Shown here: positions 1-8,552 of the stretch, piece by piece
Layout: each line of letters starts with the position of its first letter
Numbering within the stretch: the first letter of the stretch is position 1
DNA from: a virus
Lineage: Duplodnaviria; Caudoviricetes
Virus record (IMG/VR): IMGVR_UViG_3300049170_000041
Span: 1 to 28,955 of that record
Reading direction: 5' to 3' (one strand)
DNA length: 28,955 nt
The notes under the pieces: generated by a model
What the model was told of the DNA's origin: nothing
The model's database searches: none
What the model saw: the letters and a program-made list of their open reading frames with translations, nothing else
Made by a program: the position numbers and the translations under genes

Positions 1-46
1 GGTAGGCCGTGTGGGACTCGAACCCACAACCAACGGATTAAAAGTC
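1..46 (-). other. Prophage att core: duplicated 3' half of a tRNA-Lys(TTT) gene, not a complete tRNA
   Basis: Reverse complement reads GA-CTTTTAA-TCCGT-TGGTT-GTGGG-TTCGAGT-CCCAC-ACGGCCTACC: anticodon loop with TTT, T-arm and acceptor 3' strand. Similarity stops within the 5' anticodon stem and no D-arm follows. Confidence 0.9.
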
Positions 47-63
47 TGAACAGGGCTCAACGC

Positions 64-177
64 GTCTCGCCCCGGCTCACCCCGGGACTCCCTGCATCCC
101 CCTCTCCGTCCCTGGTCAGGCGCCCTTCGCGCCGCTCGACGGTGGACCCTTCGCCCTGCCTCACCCTGTCTCACCCC
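64..177 (+). repeat. 10-bp-phased repeats in the att arm (candidate Xis/accessory-factor sites)
   Basis: gtctcgcccc (64-73), ggctcacccc (74-83), ccttcgccct (148-157), gcctcaccct (158-167), gtctcacccc (168-177). Confidence 0.5.
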
Positions 178-195
178 GGGTAGTTGCGTGGCTCC

Positions 196-217
196 CGGGC
201 CAGCAGCGGGCCAGCAG
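196..217 (+). repeat. Tandem 11-bp direct repeat, candidate integrase arm-type binding sites
   Basis: CGGGCCAGCAG twice (196-206, 207-217), about 150 bp from the att core. Confidence 0.6.
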
Positions 218-251
218 GAAGGGCCCCTGACCCGCAGGTCAGAGGCCCTTC
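218..251. terminator. Stem-loop downstream of the integrase (probable terminator)
   Basis: gaagggcc-c-ctgacc / cgca / ggtcag-a-ggcccttc, 26 bp past the int stop codon. Confidence 0.6.
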
Positions 252-277
252 GCGAAGCGCAGTACGTGCCGTCGATT

Positions 278-1876
278 CTACTCCGCCGGGGCCGCCTCGT
301 CACGGGCCGCCGAGCTCTTCCGGGCCCGCGGTACCGCTGCCGCCGCCCGCTCGACAAGGCCCTCCTCGTACTCCCGGAAGAGGCTCATGTACGTGTCCGC
401 TGTCAGGACGATCGTGGAGTGCCGCAGCTTCTTGCTCGCGTCGTCGATGTCACCGCCGCCGGCCTTCACGAGCGCCGCCGCCCCGTGCCGCAGATCGCGC
501 AGGTTGATCGGCGGCAGACCTGCCCGCTCCCGAATCGCCTGGAACTCGGCCGAGACGACGTCCGGGTGTAGCCACGAACCGTCGAGCTGGGTCCAGATCT
601 TCCCTGTGTCGATCCAGTCGTATGCCTTCTCTCCGCGGGCACGGAGCTCGGCCGCCCTCTCGTTCCAGGCGTCGCGCTCAAGGAGCTGCTGCCGCCGGCG
701 CTCGCGAAGGACGTTGACCGTCTCGCGGTCGAGCATCACCGCGGCCGTGCTGCTGTCCGTCTTCGGGGACGTCTCTGTAGGCGTCCGGTCGTGAAGGACG
801 ATCTCCGTCAGAACCTCGATGCGCGGCGGGGAGGCGTCGAGGTGCGCGTCCGTCCAGCCCGCCCCTACGCCCTCCCCCCGACGGAGGCCGTGATGGGCGA
901 TCGTGTGGAAGTAGCTGTAGAGCCGGTGGTCCTCGGCCGCGTCGAGGAACGCGCCGAGTTGCTCGGGGGTCCACACCATGACCGGGCTCGGGACGGCGCC
1001 CGTCGCTCGCCAGTGCTCCACACGCTCGTCGGTCCACAGGAGTCCTTTCGGACGGCTGTAGGAGTCCAGCTCGACGAAGGCGGCAGGGTTGAAGGTGAGG
1101 AGCTGCTCGCGGATCGCTGCGTTCAGCGCGGCGCGCAGGGTCCGGCGGATCGCATGACGCGTGGCCAGCCCAGTGACCTTCCGGAAGGGCTTCATCTCCG
1201 CCAGCTTCGCCCGCTCGACCGCCAGGCGCTCGCGCTCGGCCGCCGGGGGCCGGCCGGGCCGCTTCCATTTCGCGCGTTCGATCTGCTCGCGGCGGGCGGT
1301 GTTCTCCGCGTGGACGACGTCGGCCTCGTCGGCAATGGAGGCGAACATCTCCCGCAGGTGTCCGACGCTGAGGCGGTCCAGCCGGTGGTGCCCGATGCGG
1401 GGCTTCAGGTGTACCCGGATGTGGGAGGCGTAGCCGGTCGTGGTGTTGGCGCGCGTCTTCCGGCTCGCTACCCACCGGTCAAGCCACTCCCCCACGAGCG
1501 TCCGCCCGTCAAGGGGTACGCCGACCCCGAGGCGACGCTGCACCTCTGCCACTTCGGGGATGTCCGCGCGGCGGGCGGAGATATCGGCGAGGAAGTCTCC
1601 CACCCGGGCGAGGTCGGCCTCGTCGTCGCCCGCGAGGTCGAGGATGGACTGCACGCGGGAGAGGTCGGTCTGCGCGTCGTCCACACGCGTGTACCCGACG
1701 CGCCGGAACGCACGTCGGGTGACGGTGCCGGCCGCCGGGGGCAGTTCCTGCCGGATGGCGTAGGCGCCGTGGTTCTTTCTCTTCAACTTCGGACAGGACG
1801 TGCCGAGGAGTTTCCCGTCAGGCCCTCGGCACTCGCAGCGCCGGGTGATGCTTCCCGACCGGCGCGCAGCGGGCAT
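278..1876 (-). CDS. int: Tyrosine recombinase (phage integrase), 532 aa
   Basis: Motifs GLRRGE (R), PKT (K), LRDLRH (HxxR position), LRHS..LTADTY (H, Y). RBS GAAGGAG upstream. Adjacent to att. Confidence 0.95.
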   Translation of the reverse strand: MPAARRSGSITRRCECRGPDGKLLGTSCPKLKRKNHGAYAIRQELPPAAGTVTRRAFRRVGYTRVDDAQTDLSRVQSILDLAGDDEADLARVGDFLADISARRADIPEVAEVQRRLGVGVPLDGRTLVGEWLDRWVASRKTRANTTTGYASHIRVHLKPRIGHHRLDRLSVGHLREMFASIADEADVVHAENTARREQIERAKWKRPGRPPAAERERLAVERAKLAEMKPFRKVTGLATRHAIRRTLRAALNAAIREQLLTFNPAAFVELDSYSRPKGLLWTDERVEHWRATGAVPSPVMVWTPEQLGAFLDAAEDHRLYSYFHTIAHHGLRRGEGVGAGWTDAHLDASPPRIEVLTEIVLHDRTPTETSPKTDSSTAAVMLDRETVNVLRERRRQQLLERDAWNERAAELRARGEKAYDWIDTGKIWTQLDGSWLHPDVVSAEFQAIRERAGLPPINLRDLRHGAAALVKAGGGDIDDASKKLRHSTIVLTADTYMSLFREYEEGLVERAAAAVPRARKSSAARDEAAPAE

Positions 1877-1892
1877 GGGTGTACTCCTTCGG

Positions 1893-2147
1893 TCAGGGCT
1901 CCGGCGGCGGGGCCTGGTGCGGCAGCTGAATCGACGCCAGGCCGAGGCCGAGCAGGAGGTCGGCCGCCTGATTCAGCGCGTCAAGGGCCTCCTGAGGGAT
2001 GGCTTTCGTGCGTACCGCGAAGGCGATGCCGTGGTCCCCCACGATCGGCACCAGGAGCTCGCCGTCGGGGATGTCGTCCGTGAAGAAGTACCAGGCGCGC
2101 GGCGCCTTTGCCGCTGCGGCGGTCTCCTCCCCAGTCGGTATCGTCAC
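1893..2147 (-). CDS. Hypothetical protein, 84 aa, probably co-transcribed with int (candidate antirepressor/induction factor)
   Basis: GTG start with purine-rich RBS (GAGAGGGG); ends 16 bp before the int start; protein-like composition. Confidence 0.7.
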   Translation of the reverse strand: MTIPTGEETAAAAKAPRAWYFFTDDIPDGELLVPIVGDHGIAFAVRTKAIPQEALDALNQAADLLLGLGLASIQLPHQAPPPEP

Positions 2148-2158
2148 AGCCGCCCCTC

Positions 2159-2220
2159 TCGTTCACACGTTCGAACTCGATCCTAGACCTGCGTCCTCAT
2201 CGTCGCAGGGGGTGCTGACA
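2159..2220 (-). promoter_or_regulatory. Putative promoter/operator region for the 84-aa gene-int operon
   Basis: Minus strand has TGTCAG-N10-GACGAT (2220-2199), -10-like TAGGAT (2185-2180) and SOS-box-like TCGAAC-GTGT-GAACGA (2174-2159). The plus strand 2160-2177 reads CGTTC-N8-GAACT. Confidence 0.5.
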
Positions 2221-2295
2221 TGATCGCACCGCGCATCCGGAATCTCCATGCCTAATGCATATGCACGCAGAGTGAAGCGCTGGGGAACGACCTGG

Positions 2296-2724
2296 TCAGC
2301 CCTCATCGACATCCGGGGGCACGAGGGAGTCGATGAGCCGGAGGAGCCGTTCGCGCTGGTCAGCAGGGATCTTGTCCAGCTTGTGGACGTAGGCTCTCGC
2401 CTCGCCGCTCTCGGTCCAGACCGCATCGACCCCGAAGAACTGGGCGCCGGCCGCATCCTGGAGGACGGTGAGCGGAAGCTCGCACGCCGCCGCCAACGCG
2501 CGTAGCTCCTCGACCTGAGGGGGGGTGACCGTCTCCCCCGCCTCCAGGCGATGGATCCATCCGCGGGTGACCCTCTTCCCCTTCACCGGGTCAATCGCCT
2601 TAGAGGCGAAGTCCGTTAGGGACTCCCCGAGGTCGAGACGTCGATTTCGGATGAGGTCGCGGAACTGCGTTCTCTGTTCAGGATCCGGCGTGACCGGAGC
2701 CGGTTGATCTTGATACGCCGCCAT
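2296..2724 (-). CDS. XRE-family HTH immunity repressor, ~142 aa (alternative start at 2733)
   Basis: HTH_XRE pattern FRDLIRNRRLDLGESLTDFASK..VTRGWIHRLEAGE..P; divergent from cro/xis. Extended -10 TGGCAGGAT 7 nt upstream of ATG 2724 suggests a leaderless start; AGGAG precedes ATG 2733. Confidence 0.85.
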   Translation of the reverse strand: MAAYQDQPAPVTPDPEQRTQFRDLIRNRRLDLGESLTDFASKAIDPVKGKRVTRGWIHRLEAGETVTPPQVEELRALAAACELPLTVLQDAAGAQFFGVDAVWTESGEARAYVHKLDKIPADQRERLLRLIDSLVPPDVDEG

Positions 2725-2811
2725 GGGGCACATCCTGCCACTCCTGTGGGGTGAAGCATCGGCGAGGTGTTCAGGTTTCGCACGGTCGCGCACGCTGAGC
2801 AACTGGCTGTT

Positions 2812-2993
2812 CATTCCGTTCACTGAACGGATTGTTCAGCACGTAGGCAACGGTCCGCCAGTCGGGCGCCTGTATTGGCCGATTCCCTCCACCGGAACCC
2901 CACATTCAGTGAGCTGGACATTCCGTTCAGCGCATGGAACGCTGTCGCCACAGGCGTTCAGCGAACTGAACGTACCGTTCTCTCGAAGGAACG
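2812..2993. promoter_or_regulatory. Immunity-region operators, consensus CGTTC-N8-GAACG
   Basis: Perfect copies at 2924-2941, 2955-2972, 2976-2993; degenerate copies at 2812-2829 and 2903-2920. Candidate rightward promoter TGGACA-N17-AACGCT overlaps them. Confidence 0.75.
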
Positions 2994-2996
2994 CGT

Positions 2997-3284
2997 ATGC
3001 GTAAACCCGCATCTCCCACCGTCTACGCGGTGGCCAGCCCGGAACGGCTGCGGATGCTCATGGAGCGCACCGGGACCGGCGAGCCGGTGACCAGCCGCCA
3101 GCTGGCCGCCGCCACCGGCATCTCCCACGGCACCATCGGCGCCCTCATGGCCGGCACCCAGCACACCGTGCCCGAACCGAAGGCCAAGGCCATCGCCGCC
3201 GCCCTCGGCATCGACCTCCTCGTTCTCTGGGTCCCCATGGAACGCTCCGGCCGCGTCTTCATCCCCCGGCAGGTCGCCGTATGA
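2997..3284 (+). CDS. Cro-like HTH DNA-binding protein, 95 aa
   Basis: VTSRQLAAATGISHGTIGALMAG HTH; first gene divergent from the repressor. Confidence 0.85.
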   Translation: MRKPASPTVYAVASPERLRMLMERTGTGEPVTSRQLAAATGISHGTIGALMAGTQHTVPEPKAKAIAAALGIDLLVLWVPMERSGRVFIPRQVAV

Positions 3285-3568
3285 GCCGCAAAGTCACTCC
3301 CCTCACCCCGGCAGAGGTCCTGGCCCTGCCCGCCATGCCCTCCGTACAGCAGGCGTTCGCCTCGCTGAATGTGGGCGAATCGCTCGGCTACGAGCTGATC
3401 AAGAACGACGAGTTCCCCATCGAGGTCCTGCGCTTCGGCCGCACGCTCCGCGTCCGCAAGGCCGACCTGCTCGACTTCCTCCGCCTCGCCGAGGCCGCGA
3501 ACGACGACGCCCCCGGATGCGAGCCGGGGGCGGTGTCGGCGCAGCCGCCCGAAGGAGCCGCAGCGTGA
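3281..3568 (+). CDS. Excisionase-like (winged HTH) DNA-binding protein, 95 aa
   Basis: LPAMPSVQQAFASLNVGESLGYELIKNDEFPIEVLRFGRTLRVRKADLLDFL is typical of Xis/HTH_17; ATGA overlap with cro. Confidence 0.8.
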   Translation: MSRKVTPLTPAEVLALPAMPSVQQAFASLNVGESLGYELIKNDEFPIEVLRFGRTLRVRKADLLDFLRLAEAANDDAPGCEPGAVSAQPPEGAAA

Positions 3569-3867
3569 GCATCATCGCAGCCACCACTGACACCGCCAAG
3601 CCGACCACCGGCCACCCCGGTTCGGCCAGCACTCCGCCCCCGTTCGACGGCGCGCTGCGTGTGGACCTGGAGGGACAGCGTGCTTGGTACGAGTGCCTCC
3701 GTCCCGCCTGCCCGCACCGGATAGAGGGCCCGGTCTGCTCGACCGACCGTGTGCGGGGCCCCAACGGCGACCTCGTCCGCGGGGGGCCGCTCCGCGTCGC
3801 CGCGTTCGTCGAGCACGTCAAGGACTACCACCTCACCCAGTACCACCCTGGAGAGATCAGCCAGTGA
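3565..3867 (+). CDS. Hypothetical protein, ~100 aa, possible Zn-binding (CxxxxC...HxxxxH)
   Basis: GTG start overlapping the previous stop, RBS GAAGGAG; its stop overlaps the next start. Confidence 0.7.
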   Translation: MSIIAATTDTAKPTTGHPGSASTPPPFDGALRVDLEGQRAWYECLRPACPHRIEGPVCSTDRVRGPNGDLVRGGPLRVAAFVEHVKDYHLTQYHPGEISQ

Positions 3868-6515
3868 GCGACGAGCAGACCACAGACCTCCGGGCCTCCG
3901 CCCGCGAGCTGCACGACGCAGGCCTGTGCCTCCTCCCGATCAAGGCGGACGGCACCAAGGCGCCGTCCGTGCGCAGCTGGATGGGGTACAAGGTCCAGCG
4001 CAGCACCCCCGCCGACCACGACCAGTGGTTCGGCGGGGGCCGCCCCGGCGGCCTCGCCGTCGTCTACGGCGCCGTCTCCGGAGCCGTCGAGATGTTGGAA
4101 TTCGAGGGCCTGGCCGTCCGCGAGGGCGTCCTCGACGAGGTCACCGAGATCATGGACGCGTCCGGCCTCGGCGAGGTGTGGACCACGATCCGCACCGGCT
4201 GGGCCACCGAGTCACCGTCCGGCGGCGTCCACTACCGCGTCCGCCTCGACGGCGCCCCGGTCCCGCCGAACACCAAGCTCGCCCAACGCCTCGCCCGGCC
4301 GGAGGAATACACCCCGGTGGAGCGCCAGCGCCTCGCCGAGAAGCCGAACAGCAAGATCATTCGAGAGCTCATCGAGACTCGCGGCGAGGGCGGATACGGC
4401 CTCGTCGAGCCGTCCGGGGGGACAGTCCACGCCTCCGGCCGCCCGTATACCCGCCTCGCCGGCGGGCCCGGCACCATTCCCACCATCCCGGCCGACGTCA
4501 TGGACGCGGTCCGGAACGTGTGCCGGATGCTCGACGCCCTGCCGAAGGCGGAGAGCCCCAAGTCCGCGCCCCGGGATCCTCGTCCGCCACTGCCTGACGG
4601 CGGCCTCCGCCCGGGCGAGGACTACGAGGCTCGGGCGTCCTGGGAGGAGATCCTCACCGGCATCTTTCGCCCCGTAATCACCAGGGGCTCCACCACCTAC
4701 TGGGGGTGGGCCGATGGGCAGGGCGGTGTCAAGGCGACTACCGGCCGTGACCAGGCGGCTGACCGTCTGTACGTCTTCACCACGTCCAGCGAGTTCGCTC
4801 CTGAGGTGCCCTACACCAAGTTCGGCGCCTACGCGTTGCTCCACCACGGCGGCAACCACAAGGCCGCTGCGTCCGCGCTCCGCCGGGACGGCTACGGCTC
4901 TGAGCCCACCCGCCGGCGCCTGAACGTGGCCAGCCGCCCGCAGCACTTCACCGACGGGTCGACGGCCCTCGACGTCGAGCCCGAGCCCCAGGAGACGCCC
5001 AGCGATGTACCGCACCTGCGAGCCGTACCTGACCGTCCCGAACTCGACATCACCAACGAGGCCGACGCCATCGACGGGATTCTCGCGCTCATGAAAGCCG
5101 GGCGCCTGCCGGACCTCTACAAGCGGTCCGGCGGACCGTGTTGGGTGTACCGCGACGACAACGACGACCCGGTCATTCAGCAGCTCGGCACGGACAACCT
5201 GCGTGCGTACTTGGCCGATCACGTCACCACTTTCGTGGTGAAGAAGGACGCGGATGGCGTCCTGACCGAGGCGCGCGAGCTCCTCATGCCGAAGAGTTGC
5301 GGGACGATCCTCGGCCGCAAGGACTGGGACCTCCCTGCACTGCGGGGCATCGTCACCTCCCCGGTGATCCGCCCTGACGGCACGCTCCTGGAGGCGCCCG
5401 GGTACGACGCACCGACGGGCCTGTACCTGGATCCGCGGGTACCGCTGCGACGGCTGCAGGCGACCGTGACCACCGAGAGCCTGGAGCGGGCCAAGGAGAT
5501 CGTCCTCGGCCAACTGCTCGCCGACTTCCCTTGGGTCGGGCCGAGCGATCGAGCTCACTACGTCGGCGCTCTGCTGACGCCGATCCTCCGCCCGTACTTC
5601 CACGGCCCGACGCCAATGTTCGTCATCACCGCCACGGCGCCCGGCTCCGGCAAGAGCCTGCTCAAGGACGTGTTCAAGTACGGCTACGGCATCGCGGACA
5701 CGGCTTGGCCTGAGAACGACACCGAGCTCCGCAAGAGCATCACGACCCAGCTGTACACCACGGGTCAGCCGGTCGTCGTCCTCGACAACCTGCCCTCTGG
5801 GCACGTGATCAAGAGCCCTGTCCTGTCCGCGCTGCTTACCAACGAGCACTGGGGCGACCGCATCCTCGGCGCCACCGGCAAAATCACCATGCGCAACGAC
5901 CGCTTGTGGATCGTCACCGGCAACAACCTGCGCACGGGCGGCGACAACCTTCGCCGTGTCCTGTGGGTGCGGCTCAACCCGGACTGCCCCGACCCTGACC
6001 AGCGGGACGGTTTCACGGTCGGCGACCTCCGCCCGTGGCTCCGCGCCAACGCCTCTACCGTCGTCGCCGCCCTGGTGACCATGGTCCGCGCGTGGCTCGC
6101 CGCCGGCGGCCCGCTCGTCCGCGTCCGCAAGGGCGACTACAGCGAGTGGGCCTCCATGCTGGCCGGTCTCCTGCAGTACCTCGGCATCGAGGGATGGATG
6201 GCCGACCGGGACGAGGCCCGCGACCAGGACGACGAGACCGCCGAGTGGACCGCCCTCCTGGAGGTCTGGCGCGAGAAGTTCGGCGCCGAGCCCGTGCAGA
6301 CCGGGGCCGTCCTGCAGCACCTCGCCGAGCACGTCCCGCGCCTAAACGACGGCGAACTCCCGTCCGCGCAGAAGCTCGGGCACTGGCTCAAGGCCCGCGA
6401 CGGCAAATATTTCGGCACCCACAAGGCCACCAAGGTCTACGACAGCCACCGTCGCCAGAACCTGTGGCGGGTCGACGTCCACGCCGCCCGCGGCACGGCC
6501 ACGCACGAGGCCTGA
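3864..6515 (+). CDS. Bifunctional DNA primase-polymerase fused to a P-loop helicase, ~883 aa
   Basis: N-terminal prim-pol motifs (LLPIKADGTKAP, SPSGGVHY, IETRGEGGY); C-terminal Walker A ATAPGSGKS, Walker B VVVLDN, sensor VTGNN. GTG start after GGAGAG. Confidence 0.9.
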   Translation: MSDEQTTDLRASARELHDAGLCLLPIKADGTKAPSVRSWMGYKVQRSTPADHDQWFGGGRPGGLAVVYGAVSGAVEMLEFEGLAVREGVLDEVTEIMDASGLGEVWTTIRTGWATESPSGGVHYRVRLDGAPVPPNTKLAQRLARPEEYTPVERQRLAEKPNSKIIRELIETRGEGGYGLVEPSGGTVHASGRPYTRLAGGPGTIPTIPADVMDAVRNVCRMLDALPKAESPKSAPRDPRPPLPDGGLRPGEDYEARASWEEILTGIFRPVITRGSTTYWGWADGQGGVKATTGRDQAADRLYVFTTSSEFAPEVPYTKFGAYALLHHGGNHKAAASALRRDGYGSEPTRRRLNVASRPQHFTDGSTALDVEPEPQETPSDVPHLRAVPDRPELDITNEADAIDGILALMKAGRLPDLYKRSGGPCWVYRDDNDDPVIQQLGTDNLRAYLADHVTTFVVKKDADGVLTEARELLMPKSCGTILGRKDWDLPALRGIVTSPVIRPDGTLLEAPGYDAPTGLYLDPRVPLRRLQATVTTESLERAKEIVLGQLLADFPWVGPSDRAHYVGALLTPILRPYFHGPTPMFVITATAPGSGKSLLKDVFKYGYGIADTAWPENDTELRKSITTQLYTTGQPVVVLDNLPSGHVIKSPVLSALLTNEHWGDRILGATGKITMRNDRLWIVTGNNLRTGGDNLRRVLWVRLNPDCPDPDQRDGFTVGDLRPWLRANASTVVAALVTMVRAWLAAGGPLVRVRKGDYSEWASMLAGLLQYLGIEGWMADRDEARDQDDETAEWTALLEVWREKFGAEPVQTGAVLQHLAEHVPRLNDGELPSAQKLGHWLKARDGKYFGTHKATKVYDSHRRQNLWRVDVHAARGTATHEA

Positions 6516-6527
6516 CGTGTCGGCCGG

Positions 6528-6856
6528 TGCAGGGATCTGCAGGGATTCCGCAGGGGCTCGCGGGGATTCCCGCAGACATCCCGCACCGGCCGCCACCAGC
6601 ACAGACGCGGGGAGGCAGGGACTTGCGGGAAGTCTGCACCGCCGCTCATACCGCACACGCACAACACGTGTACCGCGCAACACACATGTGTTGAAGCGAT
6701 CACGAATCCGAGAGAAGCCCCGACATGAGGGCCCATAGCTACATCCCTGCACATCCCTGCATCCCTGCAAACCGGCTGGTCAGCCGCGTCGAGCGGCTCA
6801 CCCGGCATCCCTGCGGTCAGGCACCGACATCCCCGCAGTCCCTGCAAATCCCCAGC
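6528..6856. repeat. Putative replication origin: convergent iteron arrays around a lower-GC palindromic core
   Basis: GC(A/G)GGGAT-type repeats at 6528-6567 and 6606-6632. Inverted ATCCC(T/C)GC repeats at 6741-6769 and 6807-6856. Central palindromes ACACGTGT (6664-6671) and CAACACA-ca-TGTGTTG (6678-6693). Lies directly after the primase-helicase. Confidence 0.75.
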
Positions 6857-6874
6857 ACCCCGAACGAGGTGACC

Positions 6875-8488
6875 ATGACCGAGACCTTTGCCCCTCGCCC
6901 GTACCAGCGCGACGCGATCACCACTCTCCGCGCCGGCTGGGCCACGGGCACCAACCGGCTGGCCGTCGTCCTTCCGACCGGCGCCGGAAAGACCGTGGTC
7001 TTCAGCAACTTGGTGCATCAGATGCACCCCTCCCTCGGCGGCCTCCGGACGCTCGTCATTGCGCACCGGGAGGAGCTCATCGAGCAGGCCGCGGCCAAGC
7101 TGCTCGCCGTCGCCCCCGGCCTCCGTGTCGGCATCGTCAAGGCCGAGCGCAACGAGCACCAGGACGTAGACGTGATCGTGGCCAGCGTTCAGACGCTCGC
7201 CGTGGAGAAGCGCCGCCAGGCCATCCGCGACATCGGCCTCGTCATCGTCGACGAGTGCCACCACGCCGCCGCCCGCTCCTACATGGAGGTCCTGGAGCAC
7301 TTCGGCGCCTGGCGCGGCGTACCCGTGGCCGGTTTCACCGCCACCATGACCCGCACCGACGGCGGCCTCGCCGAGGTCTGGCAGGACGTCGTGTTCACCC
7401 TCGACATCCTCGACATGATCAGCGACGGCTACCTCTGTGACGTCCGGGGCAAGCGAATCACCGTCGACACCCTCGACCTCGACAAGGTCCGCACCCGGGG
7501 CGGCGACCTCGTCGACGGACAGCTCGGCCAGGCCCTGGAGGACTCCGGAGCTCTCGACGCCATCGCGAAGGCCTACGTGGACCACGCCCCGGACCGGCCC
7601 GGGGTCGTCTTCACCCCGACCGTCGCGACGGCACAGGCCGCCGCCGAAGCTCTCCGCGCCGCTGGCATCAAGGCCGCCCCGGTGTGGGGCGCCATGAACC
7701 GCGACGAGCGCCGCGAGACCCTCTCCCGCTACAACGCGGGAGACGTCCAGGTCCTCACCAACTGCATGGTGCTCACCGAGGGTTTCGACGCCCCGCACAC
7801 CAGCTGCATCGTCGTCGCCCGCCCGACCAAGTCACCCGGCCTCTACGTCCAGATGGTCGGCCGGGGCCTTCGGCCGGCACCCGGGAAGACCGACGCGCTG
7901 CTCCTGGACGTGATGGGCTCCGCGACCCGTCACAAGCTGGCAAGCATGGTGGACCTCACCGCCCGCGAGCTCGCACCGGCCGAGGAAGGGAAGAGCCTGC
8001 GGGAGGTGGCCGAGGAGGCCGCCGCCGTCCAGGAGCGCCGCACCCTCGTCGCCCGCGTCGAGGCCGAGGAGATCAACCTGTTCGGTTCCTCGGCCGTGCG
8101 CTGGCTCCGGACCCCGGCCGGTATCTGGTTCATCCGGCTCACCTCGGCACAGGTCCTGTTCCTCGTCCGCGTGCCCGACACCCGGCTCTACCGAATGCGC
8201 CGCTGGACGGCGCTCGGCGGAGTGGAGCCACCGCGCGACGACACGGCGCGTCCGCTGCCCGAGGCGCTCGCGTGGCTGGAGGAGCAGGCCCGCCGCATGG
8301 CGCCAGGCGCGTTCGTTGCTCGCCAGGCCCGGTGGCGGAGCGGGCCGCCGTCATCGAAGCAGCTCGGGCTGTGCCGGCGCCTCGGGCTCAAGGTCGCCCA
8401 GGGCAGTACCGCGGGCGACGTCGCCGACCTGATCGATACGGACAGGGTCTCGTCCGTCCTCGGCTCGTTGATCTTGCCCGCCGCATGA
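6875..8488 (+). CDS. SF2 DEAD/DEAH-box DNA helicase, ~537 aa
   Basis: Motifs PRPYQ, LPTGAGKT, DECHH, TAT, LTEGFD, QMVGRGLR; RBS GAGGTG. Confidence 0.93.
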   Translation: MTETFAPRPYQRDAITTLRAGWATGTNRLAVVLPTGAGKTVVFSNLVHQMHPSLGGLRTLVIAHREELIEQAAAKLLAVAPGLRVGIVKAERNEHQDVDVIVASVQTLAVEKRRQAIRDIGLVIVDECHHAAARSYMEVLEHFGAWRGVPVAGFTATMTRTDGGLAEVWQDVVFTLDILDMISDGYLCDVRGKRITVDTLDLDKVRTRGGDLVDGQLGQALEDSGALDAIAKAYVDHAPDRPGVVFTPTVATAQAAAEALRAAGIKAAPVWGAMNRDERRETLSRYNAGDVQVLTNCMVLTEGFDAPHTSCIVVARPTKSPGLYVQMVGRGLRPAPGKTDALLLDVMGSATRHKLASMVDLTARELAPAEEGKSLREVAEEAAAVQERRTLVARVEAEEINLFGSSAVRWLRTPAGIWFIRLTSAQVLFLVRVPDTRLYRMRRWTALGGVEPPRDDTARPLPEALAWLEEQARRMAPGAFVARQARWRSGPPSSKQLGLCRRLGLKVAQGSTAGDVADLIDTDRVSSVLGSLILPAA

Positions 8489-8521
8489 ACGCCCGGGCCT
8501 GTCGCTATCAGGCCCGGGCGT
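8489..8521. terminator. 13-bp perfect stem-loop after the helicase
   Basis: acgcccgggcctg / tcgctat / caggcccgggcgt; no U-tract. Confidence 0.55.
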
Positions 8522-8552
8522 CCCTCCCGACCCTACCCAGAGGAGCAACACC

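Noticed and set aside
1-80. Intact tRNA-Lys gene
   Set aside because: Only the 3' half is present. The anticodon stem breaks after two pairs and no D-arm follows; the intact copy is expected at the far prophage end.
89-101. Iteron-like TCCCTGCATCCCC near att
   Set aside because: A single copy in C-rich sequence, compatible with chance.
2163-2505. ORFs 2163-2456 (-) and 2248-2505 (+)
   Set aside because: Both overlap the repressor gene and regulatory DNA, with no RBS or motif support.
6725-6874. N-terminal extension of the SF2 helicase
   Set aside because: It is translated iteron DNA; the RBS supports the ATG at 6875.
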